From: a virus
Lineage: Duplodnaviria > Heunggongvirae > Uroviricota > Caudoviricetes
IMG/VR virus record: IMGVR_UViG_3300037280_000066
Coordinates: 54,061 to 118,060 of that record
Direction: 5' to 3' (one strand)
DNA length: 64,000 nt
Positions 18,138-27,228 of the stretch are shown in pieces. The first letter of the stretch is position 1; the number at the start of each line of letters is the position of its first letter. The position numbers and the translations under genes are program-made. The notes beneath the pieces are model-generated. The model was not told the origin of the DNA. It saw only the letters and a program-made list of their open reading frames with translations, and ran no database searches.

Positions 18138-21100
18138 TTATAATAATTGGTATTCTAGAGATACGAAGGATTCTGCAAATGCTGTGGGTGTTCCTGTCTT
18201 TGTTAATATTATTGATACAACATCTCCTTGGGCTAATACAGCATGAGTAGAATCTAACGTTCCTATATCCCATGCATCATAAGAAGAAAATGCAAAACCA
18301 CCTGTTAATTTAGTATTTCTTGTAACAATACTATTACTAAGAGTACCATTACTTCCTCTATCCAAAATATTAACTGTCCAGTAATTGGTATCACTTTGAG
18401 GAATAGCAACAAATGTTGCCAATTGAATCCTTGTTAATATACAGTTTGCAGGAGCTATAAAAATAACTTGACCAAAAGTTGCAGATACTGCTCCTAATGG
18501 AACTCCCACACATTGAACTCTAGACATTGCTAAATCATAAACATCATTAATCTTATTATCTAGGATTTTCACCATGTCTGAATTACTATTTACTTGAGCT
18601 TTTAAATTTGCATTATATACATAATCTAAAATTCCAACTGTACTTAATTCATTATAGTACCAATATCCATATTCATAGTATTCACCTGCCACAGCACCTG
18701 TAATGGTAAATGATAATCCATTAGAAGCAATTCCACAAGAAGCAATACTTATAGGAGTTAATTGACCAGTTTGAGTATTTATCTTATTAACATAAGTTAA
18801 ACCAGACAAAGTATATGCAATTGGATAAGCTGAATTCTCTATGGTTATACCATTTCCTATGTAGTATCCAACATCATTTACAAATGGTTCAGTTATAATA
18901 TTTCCATATGGCTCAGATTCTACAATAGATGGAAGATAATTTTTTATAACAGGAGTATCTAATTGATAAATAATTCTGTGTGGAGTATATCCTGCATCAA
19001 TGTTTGATATAGTATAAGTTAAACCTGCTGAACCTGATTGTGTAGTACCTGATACAATACCTTTCCAACTTGATGTAGCAACATCTGTAGGTGTTGCCCC
19101 TGCTTGGAATTTCCATCCATTCATATATGCTTTCATTAAATTAGTCCAAGTCATACCTGTAAATGACTGTGCTAAATCCCATGTATCATCCCATCCAGAT
19201 TCACTATTAGATATAGATATAGATACACTTCCACCATATGCATATGATTGGTCATAGTTATCAAAAGGACTATTAGTAGCAAGTCTTGTTCCATTATATT
19301 TTAACAATAAATAATTAGAAGAACTTATCATTGTCATATTAGGAAATCCACCTGCCACAATTCTTTTATATCCACTATATTTGACTTGAGATGGTGTAGC
19401 CCAATTCCAACTAGTTCCATCTAAATTATACCAATCACTTAAAAATTTAGTATGAATTCCTGTATTGATATCAAATGTATCATAATAATTCCCATTTGTA
19501 ATACCTTTTAAATCAATAGGTATTATTGAAGTGGTTTCTTTATATGATTCATAAGTTGTAACAGAAGAACCTTCTTCTAACTGGATATTAGACCATTGCA
19601 TACATGCTTGTTCAGATACAGAATCAGTAATAAAAAATCTAACATACATTAAACCATTAGAAGGTGATGTAAATACTATATTTTGATTACCTGTACCACT
19701 ACCTGTACCTGCATATCCTGTATTTTGATTATCCATATGTCCTATAGCTAATGTACCATTATTCCCTGCACCTGCAATTATTTTAGTTAAATATCTTGAT
19801 AATGTATAAGTAGTATTAGGTTTTAATCTTAACTGAAAATATATAGAAGCCCAAGCTCCTGCACTACTCATATCTGCTGTCAATACTCCACTTGAGTCAA
19901 CTTTATAATTTACATTAACAGATTGAGAAAATGGTTTAGCATATACATTAAATAGATTTTTACCTATTACTTTTACTCTTTGTTTATCAACACTTTTAAT
20001 TCCATTAATAAAAGGATATTTATCTGCAAGTTGAGCTGTAGTTAAAGTATTATATTCATTTTGAGTAATTTCATTTACCATAGCACCATCAAAATAAGCA
20101 ACAGCGTTTGCTCCAAATGAATTAATATCTACTCTAAAATGCCAATATGCTTCTGACCTTGCACTTAAATCTACTTTAAAAGTATATCTTGTCCATAAAG
20201 TTGATGCATTCCATGATTGATTTGCTAAATTACTACTAGTCATAGTACCACTTGAATTATATCCCAAAAGGAAAAACTCAATCTGAGGTGTGCTAGGAAT
20301 AGATTTTGCATAAAAACTTAGGAATACATACTTGCCTGACAGATATAATTTTCTTGGATTTTCTGATATTTTTTCTGTTGAACCTGCTGTATTATCTAGT
20401 TTTCCACCATTACTACCAAATAATCTATTAGAAGAATCAACAGTCATTAAGGGCCAGTTGGTTACACTATCAAAATTACCATCTGTTTCTAATAAGTTGT
20501 AATAAGTGTTACCTTTTAAAGTACCTTTTAATTGACCTTTTACTACTGTTCCCGCTAATGATGTTACTGGCTTTGCTGTTGTTTGAGTTGATGAATAAGA
20601 AGGATTATATACTTCATTACTTACATCTAAGAATATAGCCCAATATGTTGCATTTGTAGGCAAGTTTCCTGTTGAAGCTAAGATACAAACATATGTAGCA
20701 CTATTGTAACTAACAATGTCATTTAGAGCATAATTAGTTCCTGCACCATAATTTCCTCTATATGTGAGATTTGAACCTCTTTGTCCTATTAACTGCCAGT
20801 GAACTGTATCAGTTGGAGCATATCCTGTTGATTCCAGTATACACATATAACTAGAACCTTGATATGAAACCATATTTCTAAACTCATATGTGTGAGTGCT
20901 TGAATAATTACCTAAATGAACTAAGTTTTCATCAACTATACTAATAACATCTATAGCTTCTTGAATTGTTCCTGTTGGAATACTGTCTGTAGCTGTAGTG
21001 TAAATTCTACTAGCAGGATACATTACAATACCTCTGCTATAGTAATCTGCTGTTATATCATATCCTTCCAAATCAGGGTGAACATAAACCAATCCAGTTG

Positions 21101-21350
21101 TGTAATCAATCTTAAATTCATTAACAGTATCTATTGTTTGCGTAGGTTGTTTCTCAGCAAGTACAAAATTTGGGTCTATTACTAGATGTAATTGTACACG
21201 ATTAAATGGGTCTGGTACATAATCTAATATAGTTTTGTAACTTAGAATTGTGTGAGGTTCACCTGCTTTTTGGATATTTAACTTCTTCCCTGTATAAGGG
21301 TCACGATGCCAATCAATTAAAATTGGGTCTGCAAAATTTTCTGTTGCCAC
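18138..21350 (-). CDS. tail fibre / receptor-binding protein (anchor domain, CBM5/12-like repeats, CBM-like jelly-roll domains)
   Basis: N-terminus paralogous to 31757..35587 (DY.PD.F..V, YxVDY..G.VY.HP, MYPASRIYT). Y...D.V.Y....Y.C....W repeats, IGKNLF carbohydrate-binding-like module. Confidence 0.75.
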   Translation of the reverse strand: MATENFADPILIDWHRDPYTGKKLNIQKAGEPHTILSYKTILDYVPDPFNRVQLHLVIDPNFVLAEKQPTQTIDTVNEFKIDYTTGLVYVHPDLEGYDITADYYSRGIVMYPASRIYTTATDSIPTGTIQEAIDVISIVDENLVHLGNYSSTHTYEFRNMVSYQGSSYMCILESTGYAPTDTVHWQLIGQRGSNLTYRGNYGAGTNYALNDIVSYNSATYVCILASTGNLPTNATYWAIFLDVSNEVYNPSYSSTQTTAKPVTSLAGTVVKGQLKGTLKGNTYYNLLETDGNFDSVTNWPLMTVDSSNRLFGSNGGKLDNTAGSTEKISENPRKLYLSGKYVFLSFYAKSIPSTPQIEFFLLGYNSSGTMTSSNLANQSWNASTLWTRYTFKVDLSARSEAYWHFRVDINSFGANAVAYFDGAMVNEITQNEYNTLTTAQLADKYPFINGIKSVDKQRVKVIGKNLFNVYAKPFSQSVNVNYKVDSSGVLTADMSSAGAWASIYFQLRLKPNTTYTLSRYLTKIIAGAGNNGTLAIGHMDNQNTGYAGTGSGTGNQNIVFTSPSNGLMYVRFFITDSVSEQACMQWSNIQLEEGSSVTTYESYKETTSIIPIDLKGITNGNYYDTFDINTGIHTKFLSDWYNLDGTSWNWATPSQVKYSGYKRIVAGGFPNMTMISSSNYLLLKYNGTRLATNSPFDNYDQSYAYGGSVSISISNSESGWDDTWDLAQSFTGMTWTNLMKAYMNGWKFQAGATPTDVATSSWKGIVSGTTQSGSAGLTYTISNIDAGYTPHRIIYQLDTPVIKNYLPSIVESEPYGNIITEPFVNDVGYYIGNGITIENSAYPIAYTLSGLTYVNKINTQTGQLTPISIASCGIASNGLSFTITGAVAGEYYEYGYWYYNELSTVGILDYVYNANLKAQVNSNSDMVKILDNKINDVYDLAMSRVQCVGVPLGAVSATFGQVIFIAPANCILTRIQLATFVAIPQSDTNYWTVNILDRGSNGTLSNSIVTRNTKLTGGFAFSSYDAWDIGTLDSTHAVLAQGDVVSIILTKTGTPTAFAESFVSLEYQLL

Positions 21351-21374
21351 ATTACCACCTCCTAATTTTTTATG

Positions 21375-22772
21375 TTAATTTATGATAAACTTATCCAAAA
21401 GTAATTCATTGTTTGATATTGCCATTCCTATTCTTGTTGGATATGTTGAATCAGTTGTTATTGATAAACCATCTGTATAATAAGTAGCGTTGGGAATTAA
21501 ACCATTCCATCCCTTTACTACTCCTTTTAAAACTACTCTGCCTGTTGAATTCTGGTTAACACCTATTGGTCTTGCAATTTGTATTAATTGAGAGTTACCA
21601 TTATCAGTATTAATCCATAAGAATTTATATGGAGTTAGTTTTATCAAACAAGTGTTTGCTAAACCATAATTTACAGGCACTGTTGTATAACCAAGCCTAA
21701 TAGGAACTCCATTAACTACTTTACAAATTTCTACTCTTCCATTAATAAATATGTAAAATAAAATAGGATTTACAACATAAATATCAACACCTCTAGAAGA
21801 AGTACCTGCATCAATTACTCCAACAGCAAGAGCGTTCATAGAGAGTTGAGTATCACTGATGTTTAAAAGTCTAGACTTTATAGTATCTCCAAAAACAATT
21901 ACTCCTGTTGCATAATTACCATTAACTGATAAAATATCACAACAAACATCAGGACTTGATAATGTATTATCCTGAACCATAACTAAGTTTCCTGCTGAAA
22001 TTGTACTAGAACCATTGGTTTTTATTACAATTGCCATTACAGGATTGTTACCAATATCATCTCTATTATAACAATACAACGCTCTGTTAGCATCTATTCT
22101 TACTATTCTACTATCATAACCATTTGCAGAATTAACAGCATATTCAAGTAGTACTTGATTGGCATAACTTATGGTAGTTCCTGATATAGTAAATAATAAA
22201 GCTATTCTTTTATAACCATTTGAAGAGTTAGGTAAACAAATTTGAATAACACATGTTGAACTTACTGCAACACATTGAGATGCGTTACTTCCTGAAAGAT
22301 AAGTATACAGGGTTGAATTTACACCATATGTATTAATTGTTGTACCTGATGATGTGTAATCTATAACCATAAATCTGTAATAATAATCAGCATATCCCAT
22401 AGCATATATTTTACCATTTGCATAATCAAGTACACATCCATAATATATGATAGCACTTACTGTGCCTGTAAATAATGTGGTTAGACCTCCCCAAGTAATA
22501 GTACCATCTGAATTGTAACTTCCACATTGAGATTTTAATGTATAAGTAGTATTATCTCCAACAACTCTAACAACTCTATTATTACTTATAGGAAACATTA
22601 AACTTGATGAATAATCTGTTGTAGTATTATCTATCATACCACCTATAGGTGTGGCGGCAGGGTAATCATATGCCTTACCATCTCCACCTATACTTGTAAC
22701 TCTAGTGATTCCAAAATATGTTCCAGAACCATTAGTAAAATTTCTATAAATATTAGATGCATATAAACTCAT
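21375..22772 (-). CDS. putative beta-propeller receptor-binding protein, cassette B
   Basis: Blade-like repeats (ISNNRVV, RIDANRAL), C-terminal LKGVVKGWNGLIP...RIGMAISNNELLL. Start ATG 22772 overlaps the upstream TAA. Confidence 0.6.
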   Translation of the reverse strand: MSLYASNIYRNFTNGSGTYFGITRVTSIGGDGKAYDYPAATPIGGMIDNTTTDYSSSLMFPISNNRVVRVVGDNTTYTLKSQCGSYNSDGTITWGGLTTLFTGTVSAIIYYGCVLDYANGKIYAMGYADYYYRFMVIDYTSSGTTINTYGVNSTLYTYLSGSNASQCVAVSSTCVIQICLPNSSNGYKRIALLFTISGTTISYANQVLLEYAVNSANGYDSRIVRIDANRALYCYNRDDIGNNPVMAIVIKTNGSSTISAGNLVMVQDNTLSSPDVCCDILSVNGNYATGVIVFGDTIKSRLLNISDTQLSMNALAVGVIDAGTSSRGVDIYVVNPILFYIFINGRVEICKVVNGVPIRLGYTTVPVNYGLANTCLIKLTPYKFLWINTDNGNSQLIQIARPIGVNQNSTGRVVLKGVVKGWNGLIPNATYYTDGLSITTDSTYPTRIGMAISNNELLLDKFIIN

Positions 22773-23266
22773 TATAATATCCCCCATCCACAATCTATTA
22801 ATAATTCAGTAGCAGATAATGCTACACCTACAATAGTATTTGCAGTTGTAGTTCCTATAGCAAGAGCATTAGTAGTTAATGCACCAGTTGAATTATCCCT
22901 GTAATATGTTGCTCCCATGGTCAATCCAGAAAGTCCAGAAGCAATACCTTCTAAACATACAGTTGCAGGAGTGGGAGATGTTTGGGTTTGTAAACATACT
23001 CCATGTACTGTTAAACCTGTTGTAGCTTTTTGTATTTGACCAGATGCATTTATATTAATACAATCACCTAATGTAACATTAGATGCAGTTACATAAGATG
23101 CTGAATATACACTATCCATTACTTCTAAAGGATTCCAAGTAGAACCATCAGTAGAAAATTCTAACAATGTGCTATTTAATCTTAAATGAATTCCATTAAC
23201 AGTATCTGCATTTCTTGCATTTAGTAATATCCATTGAGAACCATCCCACATTTTTGCTTTTGACAT
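22772..23266 (-). CDS. small fibre adaptor protein, cassette B
   Basis: MSKAKMWDGSQW...NADTVNG, C-terminal EGIASGLSGL...VGVALSATELLI. Paralog of 24697..25167. Confidence 0.6.
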   Translation of the reverse strand: MSKAKMWDGSQWILLNARNADTVNGIHLRLNSTLLEFSTDGSTWNPLEVMDSVYSASYVTASNVTLGDCININASGQIQKATTGLTVHGVCLQTQTSPTPATVCLEGIASGLSGLTMGATYYRDNSTGALTTNALAIGTTTANTIVGVALSATELLIDCGWGIL

Positions 23267-23290
23267 AACAAACTCCTTTCATTCTATATA
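23259..23290. repeat. 32-bp direct repeat, copy 1 (cassette boundary)
   Basis: TTTGACATAACAAACTCCTTTCATTCTATATA, 31/32 identical to 25160-25191. Confidence 0.85.
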
Positions 23291-23293
23291 TTT

Positions 23294-24697
23294 TTAAAGA
23301 TTAGTATTTACTGCAGATATAATATCATTCATCATCAAATCTGTAGTAGATAATCCTGTGCCTACTTTAGTGAAAGTTGATGAAGTGTTATCTGCTTGGA
23401 ATTGAAAGCCATCTGTATACATTAGACCACCTGCTGTAATTCCTGAAAGACCTTGTACAATTCCTTTTAAAATTACTGTACCACTTGAACCTTGTGCCAC
23501 ACCTATTAATTTAGATTTCTGAATAACTTTAGCGATTCCAGTTCCATCTACATACAGATAACGTCCAGTACCTAATGGAAAAACACATGTTCCATTAGCC
23601 ATAGAAAACCCTGTTGGTTTTGAAATTGTATCTAGTAAAACTAAATTAGCACCTTGAAATTGAAATGTATATATTGTCTCATTTGTACCAAGAATACATG
23701 TATTATTGTTTACTCCAACTGATTGCATTCTATAACAAACATCAGAAGCAAAATTAACAATACTATATCCATTAATAACTGTATCATTTATATCTAAAAC
23801 TCTTTGGCATATTGGATTTCCATAGAATGCAACTGCTGTAGCTGTTCCATCTGTTTGTGCAGTTAATATACAACAATTCATGTCAGAACCACTACTTGCA
23901 ATATCAATATTTCTTATTGTTCCTGCTGTAAGTGTTGTATAATTTGTTTTTAAAACAACACTATCAAAATTAGTAGTACCACTTGTCCAATTGTATACTA
24001 ATAATGCTCTAAAATTATCAATTCTAACTATAGAATTCTTATAATTTGAAGTTTTTCCTGCAATAACTGTTATACTAGCTACAGGCATTGTTACTGCATA
24101 TCCACTTATATTTAATTGATAAGCAGTTATATTTGTTGTACCATTTGATATTAAAACATATCCAGAAGTGATAGCAGTTCCTACAGAATTTGTTGCAGGA
24201 AATGCTAAACTAGTCATAGAACCAGAATTACTTACAGTAGTTCCTGTAATTTCTATAACTTGACAATTACAATATCCTGCACCTGATATAGATACACATC
24301 TCACTAAAATCTTAGCAACAGTAGATTTATCCACTATGATTACTTCTTGTAGTTTAGAAATATTATTGGTAGTACTATAAGGTTGATAAACACTTCCCCA
24401 AGTTATTACTCCTACATTGTTTATTGAACCTACTCTTACATTTACATAATATGTAGTACTTACAAGAGTCATATAAACTAAAACTATTCTTGAGTTATCA
24501 ATTGCTTTAATTATATGGTCTGGCTCAGTATAAGTCATACTTGATAATCCACTTGCACTTGTTACAAGTGGATATATTGTATCAAACTTTGGTCTATTCC
24601 ATATAGCACCAGAACTATCAAGATTAACAAAATTTTTATCAATAATAGTACCACCTATAGGGAATTTATATGTTACATTTCCTAAATCAAAACTCAT
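23294..24697 (-). CDS. putative beta-propeller receptor-binding protein, cassette A
   Basis: Blade-like repeats (AIDNSRIV, RIDNFRAL), C-terminal LKGIVQGLSGIT...KVGTGLSTTDLMM. Paralog of 21375..22772. Confidence 0.6.
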   Translation of the reverse strand: MSFDLGNVTYKFPIGGTIIDKNFVNLDSSGAIWNRPKFDTIYPLVTSASGLSSMTYTEPDHIIKAIDNSRIVLVYMTLVSTTYYVNVRVGSINNVGVITWGSVYQPYSTTNNISKLQEVIIVDKSTVAKILVRCVSISGAGYCNCQVIEITGTTVSNSGSMTSLAFPATNSVGTAITSGYVLISNGTTNITAYQLNISGYAVTMPVASITVIAGKTSNYKNSIVRIDNFRALLVYNWTSGTTNFDSVVLKTNYTTLTAGTIRNIDIASSGSDMNCCILTAQTDGTATAVAFYGNPICQRVLDINDTVINGYSIVNFASDVCYRMQSVGVNNNTCILGTNETIYTFQFQGANLVLLDTISKPTGFSMANGTCVFPLGTGRYLYVDGTGIAKVIQKSKLIGVAQGSSGTVILKGIVQGLSGITAGGLMYTDGFQFQADNTSSTFTKVGTGLSTTDLMMNDIISAVNTNL

Positions 24698-25167
24698 TAT
24701 AAAACCCTCCATCTCGTACTTAAAATTAATAATAATTCTGTTGTTGATAATGCAATACCTATTTTATAGGCTGTTAATGCATTTTCAGTTAAATTGCTAC
24801 TTGTGTCAGCATAATAAAGAGAACTTGGTATTAAACCTGATAACCCTTTTACAACTCCATCAACACAAACTTTTACTTCTCCATTAGTGACAGCACTTGT
24901 TATTGCTACACCCATACTTGAAGTATATGAAGGAGTTGCTATACCATTTGTTGACACAGATACTGTTTGACCAACATTTATAGGAGTAGATGCTGTAAAT
25001 GTTAGAACAGTAGAATTATCCATTCCAATCTCATTCCATGTAATATCATCACTTGAATATTGTATCTTTTTATTAATTACTCTCATACTAAGATTATCTA
25101 AAGTATTGCAATCTCCACCATCAACAATTACCCAAGAAGAACCATTGTAAATTTTTATCTTTGACAT
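24697..25167 (-). CDS. small fibre adaptor protein, cassette A
   Basis: MSKIKIYNGSSW...DCNTLD, C-terminal DGVVKGLSGLIP...KIGIALSTTELLL. Confidence 0.6.
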   Translation of the reverse strand: MSKIKIYNGSSWVIVDGGDCNTLDNLSMRVINKKIQYSSDDITWNEIGMDNSTVLTFTASTPINVGQTVSVSTNGIATPSYTSSMGVAITSAVTNGEVKVCVDGVVKGLSGLIPSSLYYADTSSNLTENALTAYKIGIALSTTELLLILSTRWRVL

Positions 25168-25191
25168 AACAAGCTCCTTTCATTCTATATA
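25160..25191. repeat. 32-bp direct repeat, copy 2
   Basis: TTTGACATAACAAGCTCCTTTCATTCTATATA. Confidence 0.85.
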
Positions 25192-27209
25192 TCATACCAA
25201 TTTGTACCACCATCAGTTGTAAACTGTATTTTTCCTATAGCCAATGACCTAAAAGTTATCCCATCAACAGTATCACAGTTATTAAGGTCACAATTATCTT
25301 GGAATGAAGTACCATTATAATATTTCATCTTTGGATAACTTACAAAATTAACATTTGTATTATTACCTGCATTTGTGCTATTAACAAATTTCAAAGTACC
25401 ACTTCCTGTCATAATACAATCTGCTATATTATAATATCTTTTCATCATATATCCTGTTGGAAAATTTAATGTATATTTTGTAACACCAGTATTAATAGAT
25501 TGAATAGTCACAGGAGTTGATGCTACACCATTAGTAGATAAATTGTATATTGTTTGTGTACCTAATAATATTGTAGTTTTCCCCATTGGTAATTTCAAAT
25601 CATTAAATGTATTATCACTCCATAGCTGAGTAGAAATTCCTTGAAATTCAACATTATAATACTTCATTCCATAACCTACAAAAGTTTTGTAATCTCCTGT
25701 TAATTTTATAGTAGAAGTCCCTGAATTTAATATAAAAGCACCACCTAAATCCCAATCATCACTTAATGTTAGTATTGAATTTCCTAAGTTTAAAGCTTGT
25801 GTAGCAGATGGATAACCTTGTAAAGAAGTAGTAATAGTTACATTATAACTATTAGTATTTACGTGTCCTGTGCCACTACTCCAACTTAAAACTGCAAAAG
25901 TTAAATCTGATAATAAAGAAAAAGTTCCAGTATGACTTAATATCATCCAATAAATAGTTTTCCCTGCTGTATTTAATGTAGGACTACTACCCATCATTAC
26001 ATATGAACCATTTCCTGTTAAAAATGAAAAATTGGATAAATCTAAATTTCCATATACATCTAACTCATAATTGTTTGCAAATGTTGTTAATGAAATAACA
26101 CTATCTGCTACACTCAAATTTTTACAATATGAAAGTGCATCAACAGTAATAGTTTGACTCGTAGCACTAAAACTTCTAGAATCAAATACAACATCTGTAG
26201 ATGAAGTAGGCACTGTTGTATTTGGAACAAATCCACTCAATGTTGACCAATTACTTGCTGTTGACCAATTACCAGTATTACCTATCCAATATCTTGTATT
26301 TGCTAAACCATTAGGTGTGTTTATGGTTAAACCTGCACCTACTGAAATACCAGTTCCTTTAGAAGACATAGTTATACCTGTATATGTAATAGTTGCAGTA
26401 GTTGAACTTGGAGCTATAATAGAACTATTACCCATAATTAAATTATTTATTATATTAGTTGTACCATTAGCAAACCAACAATATGCACTAGCAAGCGTTT
26501 TTAATTGAGTCATAGTATTATTACCAGTAATAGTTGTATTATTTGGGCTTGTAGTTTCTACTTTATAATAAGTCTTATCACCACCATAAAACCAACCTGT
26601 GACATATATAGTACCAGTTCCTGCATTAAACGTAAGATTTGCATAATTTGCATCCCATGTATTTGTACAAGTTATACTACCTGTATTCAAGTTTATAGTT
26701 TTACTATTACTTCCTGCACATGAAAACACAGAACAGTTGAAAGAAGTTACATTAAGTGTACCATTATCATGTCTAAATGTTCCTGATGTAGTTCCTCCAT
26801 ACAATGCCCAAGTTTTGTTAGAGTTTGTCCATATACTCATAGAACAGTTTGGACTTGTCCAAAGGTCAATATATTCACCTCCTATTTGTGGGCCTTCCAT
26901 GTAAATATAAGAAGAACCTACAACTGTAACCCAAGATGATAATTGTAAACTACCATATATACTCATACCACCACTTAAATTAGTCATGGTAATATTTTGG
27001 TCTAAATCTGACATTTCTAAATCTAATACAGTTAATTTTGTATTTCCACAGTCAATAACTTGACCAGTAGTACTAAATGAGTTTGCATCAAAATAAGCAG
27101 TATCAGCATTGGTGGGAACAGAAGCCCCACCTGCACCACCACTAGATGTAGACCAATGGGCAGTACTCCACCAAGAACCCCCATCTCCTACCCAATATCT
27201 ATAAGCCAT
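25185..27209 (-). CDS. beta-helix-like tail adhesin/tailspike
   Basis: Two copies of RYW.G..G.W....W...SG......VPT..D.V.FD..SF, typical of beta-helical surface proteins. C-terminal KYYNG...DTVDG module. Confidence 0.6.
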   Translation of the reverse strand: MAYRYWVGDGGSWWSTAHWSTSSGGAGGASVPTNADTAYFDANSFSTTGQVIDCGNTKLTVLDLEMSDLDQNITMTNLSGGMSIYGSLQLSSWVTVVGSSYIYMEGPQIGGEYIDLWTSPNCSMSIWTNSNKTWALYGGTTSGTFRHDNGTLNVTSFNCSVFSCAGSNSKTINLNTGSITCTNTWDANYANLTFNAGTGTIYVTGWFYGGDKTYYKVETTSPNNTTITGNNTMTQLKTLASAYCWFANGTTNIINNLIMGNSSIIAPSSTTATITYTGITMSSKGTGISVGAGLTINTPNGLANTRYWIGNTGNWSTASNWSTLSGFVPNTTVPTSSTDVVFDSRSFSATSQTITVDALSYCKNLSVADSVISLTTFANNYELDVYGNLDLSNFSFLTGNGSYVMMGSSPTLNTAGKTIYWMILSHTGTFSLLSDLTFAVLSWSSGTGHVNTNSYNVTITTSLQGYPSATQALNLGNSILTLSDDWDLGGAFILNSGTSTIKLTGDYKTFVGYGMKYYNVEFQGISTQLWSDNTFNDLKLPMGKTTILLGTQTIYNLSTNGVASTPVTIQSINTGVTKYTLNFPTGYMMKRYYNIADCIMTGSGTLKFVNSTNAGNNTNVNFVSYPKMKYYNGTSFQDNCDLNNCDTVDGITFRSLAIGKIQFTTDGGTNWYDI

Positions 27210-27228
27210 ATTATCACCCTTTCATTCA

